The notes beneath the pieces are model-generated. The model had not been told where the DNA came from. It was given only the letters and a program-made list of their open reading frames with translations, and made no database searches. From NCBI GenBank assembly GCA_051362555.1, contig CM120645.1, positions 17,856,001 to 17,920,000 on the forward strand: a DNA stretch of 64,000 bases. The letters run 5' to 3'. The translations under genes and the position numbers were made by a program. Positions 42,140 through 53,876 of this stretch are shown in pieces (position 1 is the stretch's first letter; every line of letters begins with the position of its first letter). Source of the DNA: Lingula anatina. Its lineage: Eukaryota; Animalia; Brachiopoda.

Positions 42140-43943
42140 ACAGTAACAACACCAAACAGTAGCAACATCAACAAACACAGTAATCATAATAAATAGAAAC
42201 AAACACAGTCAGAATACAGACATAAATAAACAAATTAGAAAGAAGACAAGGAAAAAGATTGAAAACATAGCAGTGCACAGTCATCACATTATATACAATC
42301 ATATTCAGTAACAATACAGAATAAACACAGCAAACAGAATATAACCAGACACATAGACATACAGTGAAAACACCGTCATGCAGAGTAATAATAATAATAA
42401 TGAATAAAAACAAATAAGAGTGACAAAACTGACATACGTAGTAATCACAATAAATACAAACACAAACAGTAACAACACCAACAAACACAGTAATCAAAAT
42501 AAATACAATCAAAAACAGTCACAATACAGACGGATGCAGTGATCAGAATAAATTTTGACGTGTACAGTAACAGTAACGTTCACCATAATGAGAATGAACA
42601 CAAGGAAAAAGAGTAAAAAACATAGCTATACACAGTCATCACAATATATACAAACACATTCAGTAACACAAAATATAGACATACAGTGATCAGAATAAAT
42701 TTTGAAACGTACAGTGTCAACTGTAACGTTCAACGTAATGAGAACACAAGGAAAAAGAGTAAAAAAGAAAAAAAAAAAATAGCCAGACACAGCAAACAGA
42801 ATATATACAGACACATAGATAAATAGTGAACAACATCATCATGCAGAGTAATATAGTAATGATTACAAACAAATGGATTGACAATACTAACAGACACAGT
42901 GCTCATTATAAATGCTAACACGAACATGCACAGTAAAAAATTACAGACATATACAGTGGTCAGAAAAAATTTGGACATGTACAATGGCAACAGTAATGTA
43001 CATTGTAATAAGAAAGAAGACAATGAAAAAGATTGCACAGTCATCTTAATACGTACAAACACATTCAGTAACACAAAATATAGACATACAGTGATCAGAA
43101 TAAATTTTGAAACGTACAGTGTCAACAGTACAACTGTAACGTTTAACGTAATGAGAACACAAGGAAAAAGAGTAAAAAAGAAAAAAAAAAAATAGCCAGA
43201 CACAGCAAACAGAATATATATAGACACATAGATAAATAGTGAACAACATCATCATGCAGAGTAATATAGTAATGATTACAAACAAATGGATTGACAATAC
43301 TAACAGACACAGTGCTCATTATAAATGCTAACACGAACATGCACAGTAAAAAATTACAGACATATACAGTGGTCAGAAAAAATTTGGACATGTACAATGG
43401 CAACAGTAACGTACATCGTAATAAGAAAGAAGACAAGGAAAAAGATTGAAAACATAGACATGCACAGTCATTTTAATACGTACAAACACATTCAGTAACA
43501 ATACAGAATAAACACAGGAAACAGAATTCAAACAGACACATAGACATATAGTGAACAACATCATCATGTAGAGTAATAGTAATGATTACAAACAAATAGT
43601 GACAAAACTGAATTACACATTGCTCACAATTAATACAAACAACAATATTAACAACACCAACATGCACAGTAATCAAAATAAATAAAAACAAACACAGTCA
43701 AAATACAGACATACACAGTGATCAGAAAAAAATTTGACATGTACAGTGACAACAGTAACATACATCGTAATAGGAATGAAGACAAGGAAAAAGAGTGAAA
43801 ACATATAGCAGTATACAGTCATTATATACAAACACATTCCGTAATAATACAGAATAGACAGCAAACATAAGATAAACAAACACACAGGCATACAGGGACA
43901 ACACCATCATACACAGTAATAGTAATGATTACAAACAAATAGA
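42140..43943. repeat. Diverged edge of the satellite, including a ~420 bp local tandem duplication (~42646-43490)
   Basis: Subunits are still recognisable but carry many private variants. The block ...AAATAGCCAGACACAGC...GGATTGACAATACTAAC occurs at ~42780 and ~43195. Confidence 0.8.
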
Positions 43944-44010
43944 ATGACGATGAGAACACCAGTATAACAATATTATTGTTGCACTGACCTGTGCTGAGGC
44001 TACGACTTTG

Positions 44011-44142
44011 TAGAATAGGCTTGTTGACTACATTCTGACGATGTGTGGAGAATCACACTCTTTAGTATCAAACCAAGGCCATGGCTTCATGAATTTCCTA
44101 TTCAATGGCTATCTAATCAGAATAGTCAACAAGCCTACTCTG
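44011..44142. mobile_element. Small MITE with ~27 bp imperfect TIRs
   Basis: AGAATAGGCTTGTTGACTACATTCTGA ... TCAGAATAGTCAACAAGCCTACTCT. TSD is unclear. Confidence 0.65.
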
Positions 44143-45814
44143 CCTCTTTAGACTCTTTACATAACTTATTATAAGGAGATACAGACTACAGTAAAAAGTT
44201 ATTATGTGAAGTTACCAAAATTGCCTGTGTCTCGAACAATACACTGTCACGACAGACAGTACACAGGCATCAGAAAGTTTAAATGAAATTTTATTTATAT
44301 AGCGATTTGAAAGTCTGTGAAATATTTTCGTTTAGCACACCCCCAACTCCCACCCATCAGTTCACATTAATCCTTATCACTTTAAACATATATATATAAA
44401 ACTGGGTGGGATCTAAGTGACACTTTTCTCTCTCCTATCCCCACTTTCAAAGAACCCATATTTTGAATGTTAGGTTCACATTTTATTAGTTGGTATGGTT
44501 CTTTAAAATAAGACTATTGAGGCTCCAAATTTTGTTCATAAGCATAAGAATATATTACCATGTTGACAAATCATTCACCAAATTTTTTTTGCAAAAGATT
44601 TTGATTTTAATTCATTAAAAATCCATAAAATATGACCTCTTGTGACACTTGGCCCATTATCAATAAACCTTGACTTATTGTCATGCATTCATGCCTCATG
44701 AAAATTATTGTCCCATCCCTTACCTGCATAATGTATTGATGTATCTTTAATCATATTGATATGGCAAGCATTTTCTCTCCCCTACTCTCACTTTCAGAAA
44801 GGGTACTTTTGGATCGTAAGGTTCACATTCTTTTACATAGTTTTCTAAATTAAGACAGCTGAGGCTCCAAGTGATAAAAACCTTGCCAGCTGTCATCCAT
44901 CAACTAGAAGTTTACTTAATTATTACTGAACAGGTTACAATTCAATACTTATGTGATGCTCCATGCTAATGTCAATGAATTTTGATTTACATGTAACATA
45001 CATGTACATGCAGTTTTTATTATATATATATATATATATAGCACACACAGAAAATAACAGCAACTGCATTATGCTCATCACACAGTCTTATGTACAGCAA
45101 TCACTGTATATTGGAGTCACTTAAGCAATGTTAGAAAAACTTGGATGACTGAACACCGTTTTGTGTGGTTTTGTAGAAACAGAATAAAAGACACGAATGT
45201 AGATAATATTTGTTTTTTTTATCACAAACCGGAAGTCTTAAAGCATTAACAGAAGGGAAGCAAACAGTCTTTATACTTACCCAATAAACTAAAATGCACT
45301 CCTCTTCGATTGTGTTAACTTCAAAAACTACATGTATTCCGCTCTTTCCCATCCCAAAGAATCTTCACTGCATTTTTGCATATGTTAGGCGAGATGCCAG
45401 TGGTGATTGAAGTTTCTTACATCGTTAATATCCCTAAATATATTCCATAACGTGCAAAATACTTGAAAATAGTATTCCGATCCGAATGAACAAGTCTCTT
45501 AGTGAAAAAAAGAGACCCCGCAGGAAAAACGCAATCAACATATCTTTCACAACTAACACACTGCATCGGAGGAGAATCGGGGAACATCAAGCGCATCCGA
45601 GAAACGCTACGTTCAAGCTATTTCGGTCAGATCTTTTGATTTTTAGTTCAAATATGAATTGATAATATTTTGGTTGAAAAGGATTTGATTTTATAAGCAT
45701 TGTCATTATTTAAAAGGAAAAGAAGTTATTTTTACACCCCCTTTTTTGGTATTGTTTAATGTCCATTGCCCGATATACAATCAGGGGCTGATCCAGGATT
45801 ACTTAAATTTAAAT

Positions 45815-45849
<35 letters not shown>

Positions 45850-46959
45850 CCGCCGCGGATTCTACAAATTTCTAATCACTTTCATACACATTGTTATTCG
45901 TAGTGGTTTATCTGTGTTTAGATTAATTTCACATAGTAGAAAATAAAGACCATCTATACCTTCTCTTTGAAATGAAATATACAAATGCTGATATATTAAC
46001 TTGATTTTTTTCCTACAGATGGAGAATTTTCTTTTATAAATGAGGTATTCTAAAGAATTTGCTAAAAGTTGAACACAGGATTTAGTCATTTGGCTGGGAT
46101 GGATAAAAGGATACTCTTCTCTTCATTATTGAATATATTAACTAAATTTTGTAACTCAAGACAACCTTCCAATGAATTATGAGCTGAACAATTTGTTAAG
46201 TAATTTACAAACTAAAGTCTCTTGTTAATGATTGGGTAAATTTGGATAAAGTCGTCGCATGGAATAAAGTACAATTTATCTTCTAAAATTCTGTTCATTT
46301 CCCAAATATAAAAAAGTATTATTTGTATTTTCATCAAAATTCCTTGGTTATCTGTTATGTGTTTGATGGGTTTTGTACTGTATATTAGTACATTTACAAA
46401 GCCATTACAACAATGGCATTGCAACACCAAATATCTGCTCACACCAGAAGAGAGCACAACTATTGCATCTTTTCAAGAGAGTTGAAAATTGCACTGTTTA
46501 CAGGTCATATTACTCCATAACATACTTGTGGTCAAAATGCAAGCGCTTGTGAATATTTCCAGTGGGATAAAATCTTGTCACGGCTATACAAGCCTTACTA
46601 AAACGCTCTTTTCCAACCCTCTCCGTGAAAATTTTCCCATTTCAGCATTTGTAAATAAAGTCACGTGTGTCCTTAACATCATTAAAGACTTTGTGTTCAC
46701 GGATACGCAATGCATTGTTGACATACTTGTAGTGCTTTGGCCAAAATAACAACAAATATTTCATAAAAGGATGATTTACATGTTTTAATACATGTTATAC
46801 TTTTATCATTAGCAGTTTTGCAAAAAAAAAAAAAAAAAAAAACTACTCATGCGCCAAATCTACACAGATCACAAAAAAAGCCAGTAATGATCAAACGTCT
46901 CTTCTGAATGTAACAACTCTGTGAAATGTCTGACTTGTACAACTCAAGCTTAACAAATG

Positions 46960-47520
46960 AAATACTGTAATCTGAGATAAGATTATCGGTTGACTGTGCC
47001 TAATGAAAAAGATTTTTATTATATTTGAAAAGAATAGCAAATTCCATGGATAAAAAATAGTTAAATGTTAATAATTTTGGCAAATTTAGTCTGTAAACTA
47101 TTACAGAGAGATCTGCTTATCAGTTGACTGTGTGTAATAAAAGTGATATTTTGGACAATATAATTGAGAAAACTGTAAATTACACTGAAAACACCAGCAA
47201 ATTCCATGGATAAAAATAGTTCAACATTAGCCATTTTTACAAATGTAGAAGAATCTTTATGATATTTTTACAAATAAAGCTTATCAACTATAATAATCTG
47301 ACATAAGTTTAATTGTTAACTGTTTCATGAAAAATATTTTTCAGAAAATATATTAGAGAAAACTGAAAATAACACTGAAAAGGAGGTAAATTCCATGGCT
47401 TAAAACACTTAAATATTAATACATGTAATTTCAACAAATCTAAAAGCTTATCTGTTCACTGAGTGTAATGAAACTTTTTTAAACAATATATTTGAGAAAA
47501 GTGCAAAATTAAATTTAAAC
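46960..47520. repeat. Old degenerate tandem repeat (~140-190 bp); the same family resumes at ~49900-50380
   Basis: Recurring GCTTATCAGTTGACTGTG, AAATTCCATGG and GAGAAAACT motifs. Confidence 0.65.
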
Positions 47521-47670
47521 AAGGCAGCAAAGCTGTGAAATGTACAGACAAAAACAGAAAATAAAAATAGGACATTTTGTCAATTTTGATGCAATAATAA
47601 ATAATGCTTATAACAGCACAGTCAATCAACACTGAATTTTAATCATGCACAACAGGTAACATGGTCAATT

Positions 47671-47821
47671 ACAGGAGCAGATCCGTATTCCAAATTATCT
47701 TTGTTGATCCATCCTCCATTTTTGATGGTCTTCCAACACAAAAAAAATAGATTCCCGTCAATGTAAACTTTAAAATCTGACCATCATATGGAAGACAGAA
47801 GACAGTCTCAATCCACCCCTG
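47671..47821. mobile_element. MITE, diverged copy of the element at 51720-51886
   Basis: Shared TTCCAAATTATCTTTGTTG, TCAATGTAAACTT and AATCCACCCCTG end. Confidence 0.65.
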
Positions 47822-48349
47822 CAATAAGATTACAGTTTCAGGACCATGAAAGTTCAAATTCACATAATGAAAATCCAAATATTTGAAAAATGATGACAGT
47901 GCATAAATTAATATTACATAATGTTTAAAGACATAAAAACCAATGCAACTGCTTATGTGGAAATACAGAAAATGTGAAGAGCTTCAGGTGGCTGGGAGTT
48001 GAAAATGCTAGTGTTTGAAAAAAAATTAAAAAGAAAACATAACAAAAAATATTCCAATAAAGCTGCTATTCAAACTTTTAATCTTGCTGTATTAACATGA
48101 TATGAATAACCCCAAAGTTTTTGAGGATAACAAGGCACTGTTATTCATTTATAGCATTAATGTTGGTGTTACACAGCATTTTTTCTTTTGTAAACCTATT
48201 TGCAATATTAAACAACATTTACCTGCATAATTATCACCGATTCGTAATTATGTGACATAGTTAAGAGAGCTTAACCTATGGGACTTTACTGGGAAATCTC
48301 AACGTGTGATTTATCCAGTCTCATTTAATGGACACTTGAAAGTTATAAA

Positions 48350-48920
48350 TTAAGTTTGAGTATCATAAGTAACATATGGTTTTCCCTTAATGGTCATCCT
48401 GGCAGCAGTGTACAAAATAGGGTTTTCTTCAACTTTTATGCAATATAACATAATGTTTAACAGCATAATGGCCATCAATTTTTATTAATAAAGTAAAAGT
48501 ATCATGGATATTCAGAAAATGTGACTAGCAAAGGTCTTCAAGCCAATGGAAGTTCAAAGTCACACATTGAAAATGCTGATATGTGAAAATTTTAATTCTA
48601 ACAAAAAACTATATAATTTCCAGGAAAATTAACCGATGACACAGGCTTTCCAACTGAAGCTACATTTTAGTCATATGCTACTTTTCTGTAAGTTTGAGAG
48701 GAGTAAGTGACATGGTTTACCTTTAATGGTCACTATGGAGACAGTGCCCAAAATAGGGTTGTCTTCAATTTTGTCTTCAAATATTAAATAATGCTTAACA
48801 GCATAATGACCATCAATTTATAATAACAAAACAAAAAAATCATGGTTATTCAGAAAATGTGACATGGAAATGTCTTCAAGGCCATGGAAGTTAAGAGTCA
48901 CACCTTCAAAATGCCAAAAT
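48350..48920. repeat. Diverged ~340 bp tandem duplication
   Basis: AAGTTTGAG..CTTAATGGTCA..AAAATAGGGTT..TTCAGAAAATGTGAC at ~48352 and ~48690. Confidence 0.7.
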
Positions 48921-48923
48921 GTT

Positions 48924-49888
48924 AACAAGAGATAACTGTACTGAAATGATTTTCTTTCCACTTTCAACACCTTTTTTTTTACATTATACAAAATAATCTA
49001 TTTACTGTCATTTTTAAATGATCAACTAAGAAAATTGTTGACATAGGAAAAATATCAATAGAACAATTCTAAATGTCCAATTGCTCCAGTCTGAGTTTTT
49101 GAACATAGTAAATGATTGAATCTGACAAACTGTAAAGATATAAGTTTATTTCCATTTTTGACACTTCATTACATAATACATAATAACAGGTTCACCATCA
49201 TTTTTATATAATCAACTAAAAATATTGTTAAGTTGCAGAAAATATCAAAGAACACATCTATACATACATATCTAATTAGTTCAAAAATGACAATGTTAAC
49301 ATGCCCAAAAATTAAATCTGAGGAAAAAAACACATATTTACAAAAAAAAAAAAGGCATTACTTCACCAGAACTTAACCGATCAAGCTTATATTCAAACTT
49401 AATCTGTATTTCAGTAAGACTGATCACCCCTGTAAACTTCAAGACAATTGGCCAATCGGTTTTCCTTGAAATGTGTTGCATATATGCTGAAAAAAATTGA
49501 AAAAAAAAAAAAAAAACAGCATTACTCCCATAAAAATGGCCTGATCATGCTGATTTTCAAACTTGACCTACGTATTATGAATATTCATCCATTATGTTAG
49601 TTTTAAGCCAAAAGGTAAAACAGTTTTCCACTTATCGTGTTATAGGTGTTGCATATTTGCTGAAAAAAGTGAAAAAACAGCATAACTTCCACAAAAATTG
49701 TCCGATCATGCTGATTTTCGAACTTGACCTGAGTATTATGAATACATATCAGTTCTGTAAGTTTCAAGCCAAACGGTAAAAGGATTTTTCACTTATCGTG
49801 TTATCGGTGAAAGTGCAAGGCGATGATGGCGAAGACAGACGAAGGTGACGGCTATATGTACAGACACATCTGTGTCTGTACATAAAAA
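48924..49888 (+). mobile_element. Helentron-associated non-autonomous element (HINE-like) with three ~162 bp internal repeats
   Basis: Repeats GCAT(T/A)ACT...TTC(A/G)AACTTGACCT at ~49356, 49519 and 49680. GACAGAC remnant, then terminal palindrome TATGTACAGACACA-TC-TGTGTCTGTACATA followed by an A-run. The left boundary (AACAAGAG) is tentative. Confidence 0.65.
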
Positions 49889-50839
49889 CTGCTGATGCTG
49901 TATATAAAAATAGTTAAATGTTAATAACTTTGTGAAATTTCCTTAATTCTTTGTGAAATTTGCACAATGAAGCTTATAATTAACAACTGAAATAATCAGC
50001 CATAAGCTTATCAGTTGACTGTGTGTAATGAAATTGATTTTTTCGGACAATATATTTGAGAAAACTAAAAATTGCATAGAAAGAAAAGGCTTTTATGTTA
50101 ATAATTTTGACAAATCTAGTCCAATGTTCGTGAAATTTCTACAAAAGATGCTTAACAACTGAAATAATCTGAGATCAGCTTATCAGTTGACTGTGCCTAA
50201 TGAAAATGATGTTTTCAGAAAATATTTAAGAAAACTAAAAATACCTGGCAAATTCCATACCTTAACATATTCAAATGTATATGATGTTGACAAATCTAGT
50301 CCAATGTTTGTAAAATTTGTAAAAAATAAGCTTAACAACTGTAATAATCTGAGAAAAGTGTATCAGTTGACTGCGTCATTTATTGGCAATTGATAGGAGA
50401 ACATTGAGAATGACAAAAAATAAAATTTTCAATATTACAATAATATTTTTCAGTATCAAATGAAGCATTTTATGTTATGATTTGAGTTTGGTTGTGTAAG
50501 AGGAGACAAATTACCTATTATTGTCATCTGGAAACAATATATACCCATTCAAGATTTCTCCTTACTACCAATACCAGATGCAGATTCCTCCTTGTAATGG
50601 GTGTCTAAAATCAGGCTTTGCACATCATTTGACGTTTATAATCTTGCCACATATCATGTATTCTACACATGGATGAGATAATGCACTGCTCTTGCTGCTG
50701 TTTTTCACTGCCTACTTTTTCTATAGGTATTATCCATTACAAGATAGGTAGAGTCAGTTCCCCAAGAAGCCACCATGCTGTATGGAAAGGGTCACCTGGA
50801 AAAAGAACAATATATTTGAGAAAAATGAAAATCATATTA

Positions 50840-51545
50840 AAAATGTCTCCTACTAGACTATTAAAAACTGGAAACTTTGGTGATTGGTGAAACTGTAGTC
50901 AAAATGTGTGTTGGCATTTCAGAATTTTAGTGCAACAGGGGGTTGCGCTCTCCTTTGGGGGGGGGGGGGGTGGAGGGGATGATTCTGAATTCTTTTCACG
51001 TTATTTCTGTTATCTCCTCCTAGACTATTTGAGTTAGATAATTGAAACTTTGGTGATTGCTAGACCTGTCATCAGGGAAGTGCATTGGCATTTCAGAATT
51101 ATTTCAAGAGGACATAGGGATGTCCTTGAGGGGGGGGGGGGGAAGTAGTTGTTCAAAATTTTTTTCATCTTATAATTTCCCTGATCTCCTCCTAGAACAT
51201 TAGACTTTAGAAGTGGAAACTTTGGTGAATGATAGCTGTTTCCTCAAGGATATGCATGGGCATTTCATAATTAGTTCAACAGAGGGTTTGGCTATCCCTG
51301 GGGATGGTTGATTTTGAAGCCTTTTTTCATTATGCTTATATGTCATGTAACAACTAATTGATCATTTTCTGACGTTTGCATCCTTACAGGCTGATGAGGA
51401 AATTATAGGGCAAAACACAATGGCAATGCAAATGAGGTGACGTCAAGCCAATGGTATGTGCACAAATATGCAAATCAATCCCCGCTTGTCACACTGTTCA
51501 TGCTCAACGGGGAATTATTGCCACTTGCTGCAAGCCAACATAATT
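50840..51545. mobile_element. Second HINE-like element with three ~170 bp internal repeats
   Basis: TCTCCT(A/C)CTAGA..GAAACTTTGGTGA..GGCATTTCA at ~50846, 51014 and 51185. Short IR AATCCCCG..CGGGGAATT near 51477-51516. Boundaries are uncertain. Confidence 0.5.
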
Positions 51546-51719
51546 ACAAAGTTCCTTATCGGTTGGTACTCTTCCTTTCTCTAGGCTGAGATAGTCCTAT
51601 CTCCTGCCTTGCTAGTGGTTTGACCTCATTTGAAAGTTTTGGACATATTATTCTTAACTCATAACACATATAAATCTCTAAGTGACCCTTTTACAAAATG
51701 ATAATTTCCCAGATAGTAT

Positions 51720-51886
51720 CAGTGGCGGATCCAGAGATATTTTCTGACAGTCTTCCAAATTATCTTTGTTGCACCATCCCCCATTTTTGACCATCTTCCG
51801 ACAGAAAAATTAGATACCCTTCAATGTAAACTTGAAAATCTGACCATCTTCCGGAAGACCCAGAAGACGGCCTAAATCCACCCCTG
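51720..51886. mobile_element. MITE with imperfect TIRs
   Basis: CAGTGGCGGATCCAG ... CTAAATCCACCCCTG. Absent from the paralogous site at ~53830-53850. Confidence 0.7.
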
Positions 51887-51932
51887 ACTATATATAGTGA
51901 TGATGAACACCGAACACAGGTAAAGCAATATT

Positions 51933-52107
51933 CCCAGATAGCAATAAGTGGTCGCGCCGACGTCGGCATTGGTCGGCATGGTCACAGTCGGCAGTCGTTG
52001 TTGGGCTGACGTTGGGCCACTACTGGTGACCCGACGTCGGGCCAACGACTGCTTCACGCCGTTGGCCTGACGTCGGTATAACGGTGGCTCATCAGCTGTG
52101 CGTCGGG
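51933..52107. mobile_element. GC-rich short element with CCC...GGG ends and CCGACGTCGG palindromes (MITE-like)
   Basis: Local GC jump, three (C)CGACGTCGG-type palindromes, and ends CCCAGATAGCA / TGCGTCGGG. Confidence 0.55.
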
Positions 52108-53340
52108 TAAGGATCAAAAGGGGATTGAAGAGAACAACAAAGTATAGCAATATCATTTTTGCACTGACATCTTGATGTGATGACGAGTTTAGCTGTCCTA
52201 AGTGTGATGATAATTCAGAAGACACACCTTCATCTCCGCTGAAAAGAATATATGCAGACATATACAGCAGTTACAAAATAGACGCATCACAGTGATCAAA
52301 ATATATATAAACACATACAGCCACAACACAAACATAGATAGTGATCAGAATTTATACAGACACATACAGCCTCACAAAATTCAATGCACTCTAAGGCATC
52401 AGAATATAAACATAAAATTTAATGTTTATATACAGGGTTTGGAATGACCGTCAGAAAATTTTGATTACATCCACGAGTTCACATTAACCTTTTAAACTCT
52501 AAACATATATAAATCTCTAAGTGACCCTTTTACAAAACAAACATAGATAGTGATCAGAATATATATAGACACACACAGTGTCACAAAAGACAATGCACTG
52601 TGAGGCATGAGAATACAAACATTGAATTTAAAGTTCAATATAGAGACACATACAGCATCACAACATGCAGTACACAGACTTCAGAATGTATGCAAGATAT
52701 TTTTTCTAGTTGTGAGGGTCAAAAGGGTATTGAAAAGAACAATAAAGTATAGCAATATTATTGATGCACTGACCTGTGCTGAAGCTGTGACATTGTAAAT
52801 CTTGCTGGTGATGATGAGTTTTTAAATTAGCTGTCCTCAGTATGTTGGATGATAATCCAAGAGACATACCTTCATCTCTGCTGAAATTAGAGAAGAAACC
52901 ATCAATATATAACATACACAGGCACATACAGTATATACAACACAGATGTAATACAAAGATCAAAATGTATTTTGACTTTCAGTGACAAAACAGACATATA
53001 CAGTAAGCAGAATATATACAAACACACAGAGTATCGCAAAAGACAATGCACTGTGAGGCATGAGAATACAAACATTAAATTTAATCTTTATACATAGGAA
53101 TTGGAATGACTTCCAGAAATTCTTGTCCACACCCACTAGTTCATATTAACCCTTTTCACTCTGAACATATATAAGACTGTGGGATTTAAGTGACCCTTTT
53201 AAAAATGATAATTTGCAAGAAATTTTATCTATATACAGATTTTTCTCAGCGCCTTCCCACCTCAACCCCAACGAGTTCATATCAACCCTTGTCAATTTGA
53301 ACATATATAAAACTGTGTGGGATCTAAGACTAACACCCCA

Positions 53341-53800
53341 TTTCCATAGATTTTTAGATCGATCTATCCCTGTGGGGAGTCTCACTAGATTACTGTCAGC
53401 TTGGCCGGCTTAAGCGTCTGTCCCCTCCTACTAAAAGCTGTAAAGGGGTAATTAATTATGGTGCCCGCTCGGCTGACTGCAATTTAGCGTGAACCCCCAG
53501 GGAGTTAGGTCGATCTAAATCTTAATCCTTAGATCGATCTAAATCTCTGGGAAAGCACCCTAAGTTCCCATACCTTGATCAATCCATCTGGATTGGTCTA
53601 ACTCCCTAAGGAGTCTCACTAAATTGCTATCAACTTTATCGACTTAACTGTCAGCCAGTTATATCAAACCAACTAGGGGGTAAAGATAATTACCCCCTTA
53701 CAGCTTTACTAAGCATGACAGACATTTAAGACGGTTAAGTTGACAGCAATTTAGTAAGACTCCCCAGGGAGATAGATCAATCCAAATATCTGCGGGACTG
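53341..53800. mobile_element. Foldback/MITE pair with long imperfect inverted arms
   Basis: 53341-53455 is the imperfect reverse complement of ~53686-53797 (GGGGAGTCTCACTAGATT vs AATTTAGTAAGACTCCCC). Additional internal arms at ~53470-53550 and ~53585-53690. Confidence 0.7.
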
Positions 53801-53876
53801 TCCTCAAGTGACCCTTTTAAAATGATAATTTCCCAGGAACTATATAGAGTGGTAAGGATCAAAAGGGGATTGAAGA

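Larger units (their letters stand above)
4484..43943. repeat. Large AC-rich satellite array: ~50 bp subunits in ~350 bp (7-mer) and ~450 bp (9-mer) units, with kb-scale higher-order blocks
   Basis: Recurrent subunits beginning (A)CAGTGACAA/CAGTAAC, and near-invariant landmarks such as CATTCAGTAACAATACAGAATAGACACAGC. ORF-track periodicities are 350 (28278/28628), 448-450 (14499/14947/15395; 36402/36852) and 5025 (4675/9700). Confidence 0.97.
51640..53330. repeat. Old diverged copies of a composite repeat family that contains satellite-like subunits
   Basis: Repeated modules TAAGTGACCCTTTT, AGAACAAYAAAGTATAGCAATAT, CCTTCATCTC(T/C)GCTGAAA, AGTGATCAGAAT and AGGCAT(C/G)AGAATA. Also present at 43950-44425 and in the 875 bp array. 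Confidence 0.75.

Noticed and set aside
4675-43910. Hundreds of short Cys/Val/Phe/Leu-rich (minus) and Thr/Asn/Lys/His-rich (plus) ORFs
   Set aside because: They are translations of the TG/AC-skewed satellite. They recur with the repeat period and frameshift freely between copies.
44420-44875. Diverged ~350 bp duplication
   Set aside because: Real, but old and featureless. No further structure seen.
45780-45860. Long poly-G run and Gly-rich ORF
   Set aside because: Homopolymer inside a MITE-like fragment (CAGGGGCTGATCCAGG). Its length is unreliable and it is not coding.
51380-51420. CTGATGAGGAAA resembling a hammerhead ribozyme core
   Set aside because: No stem II and no consistent stems I/III could be built.
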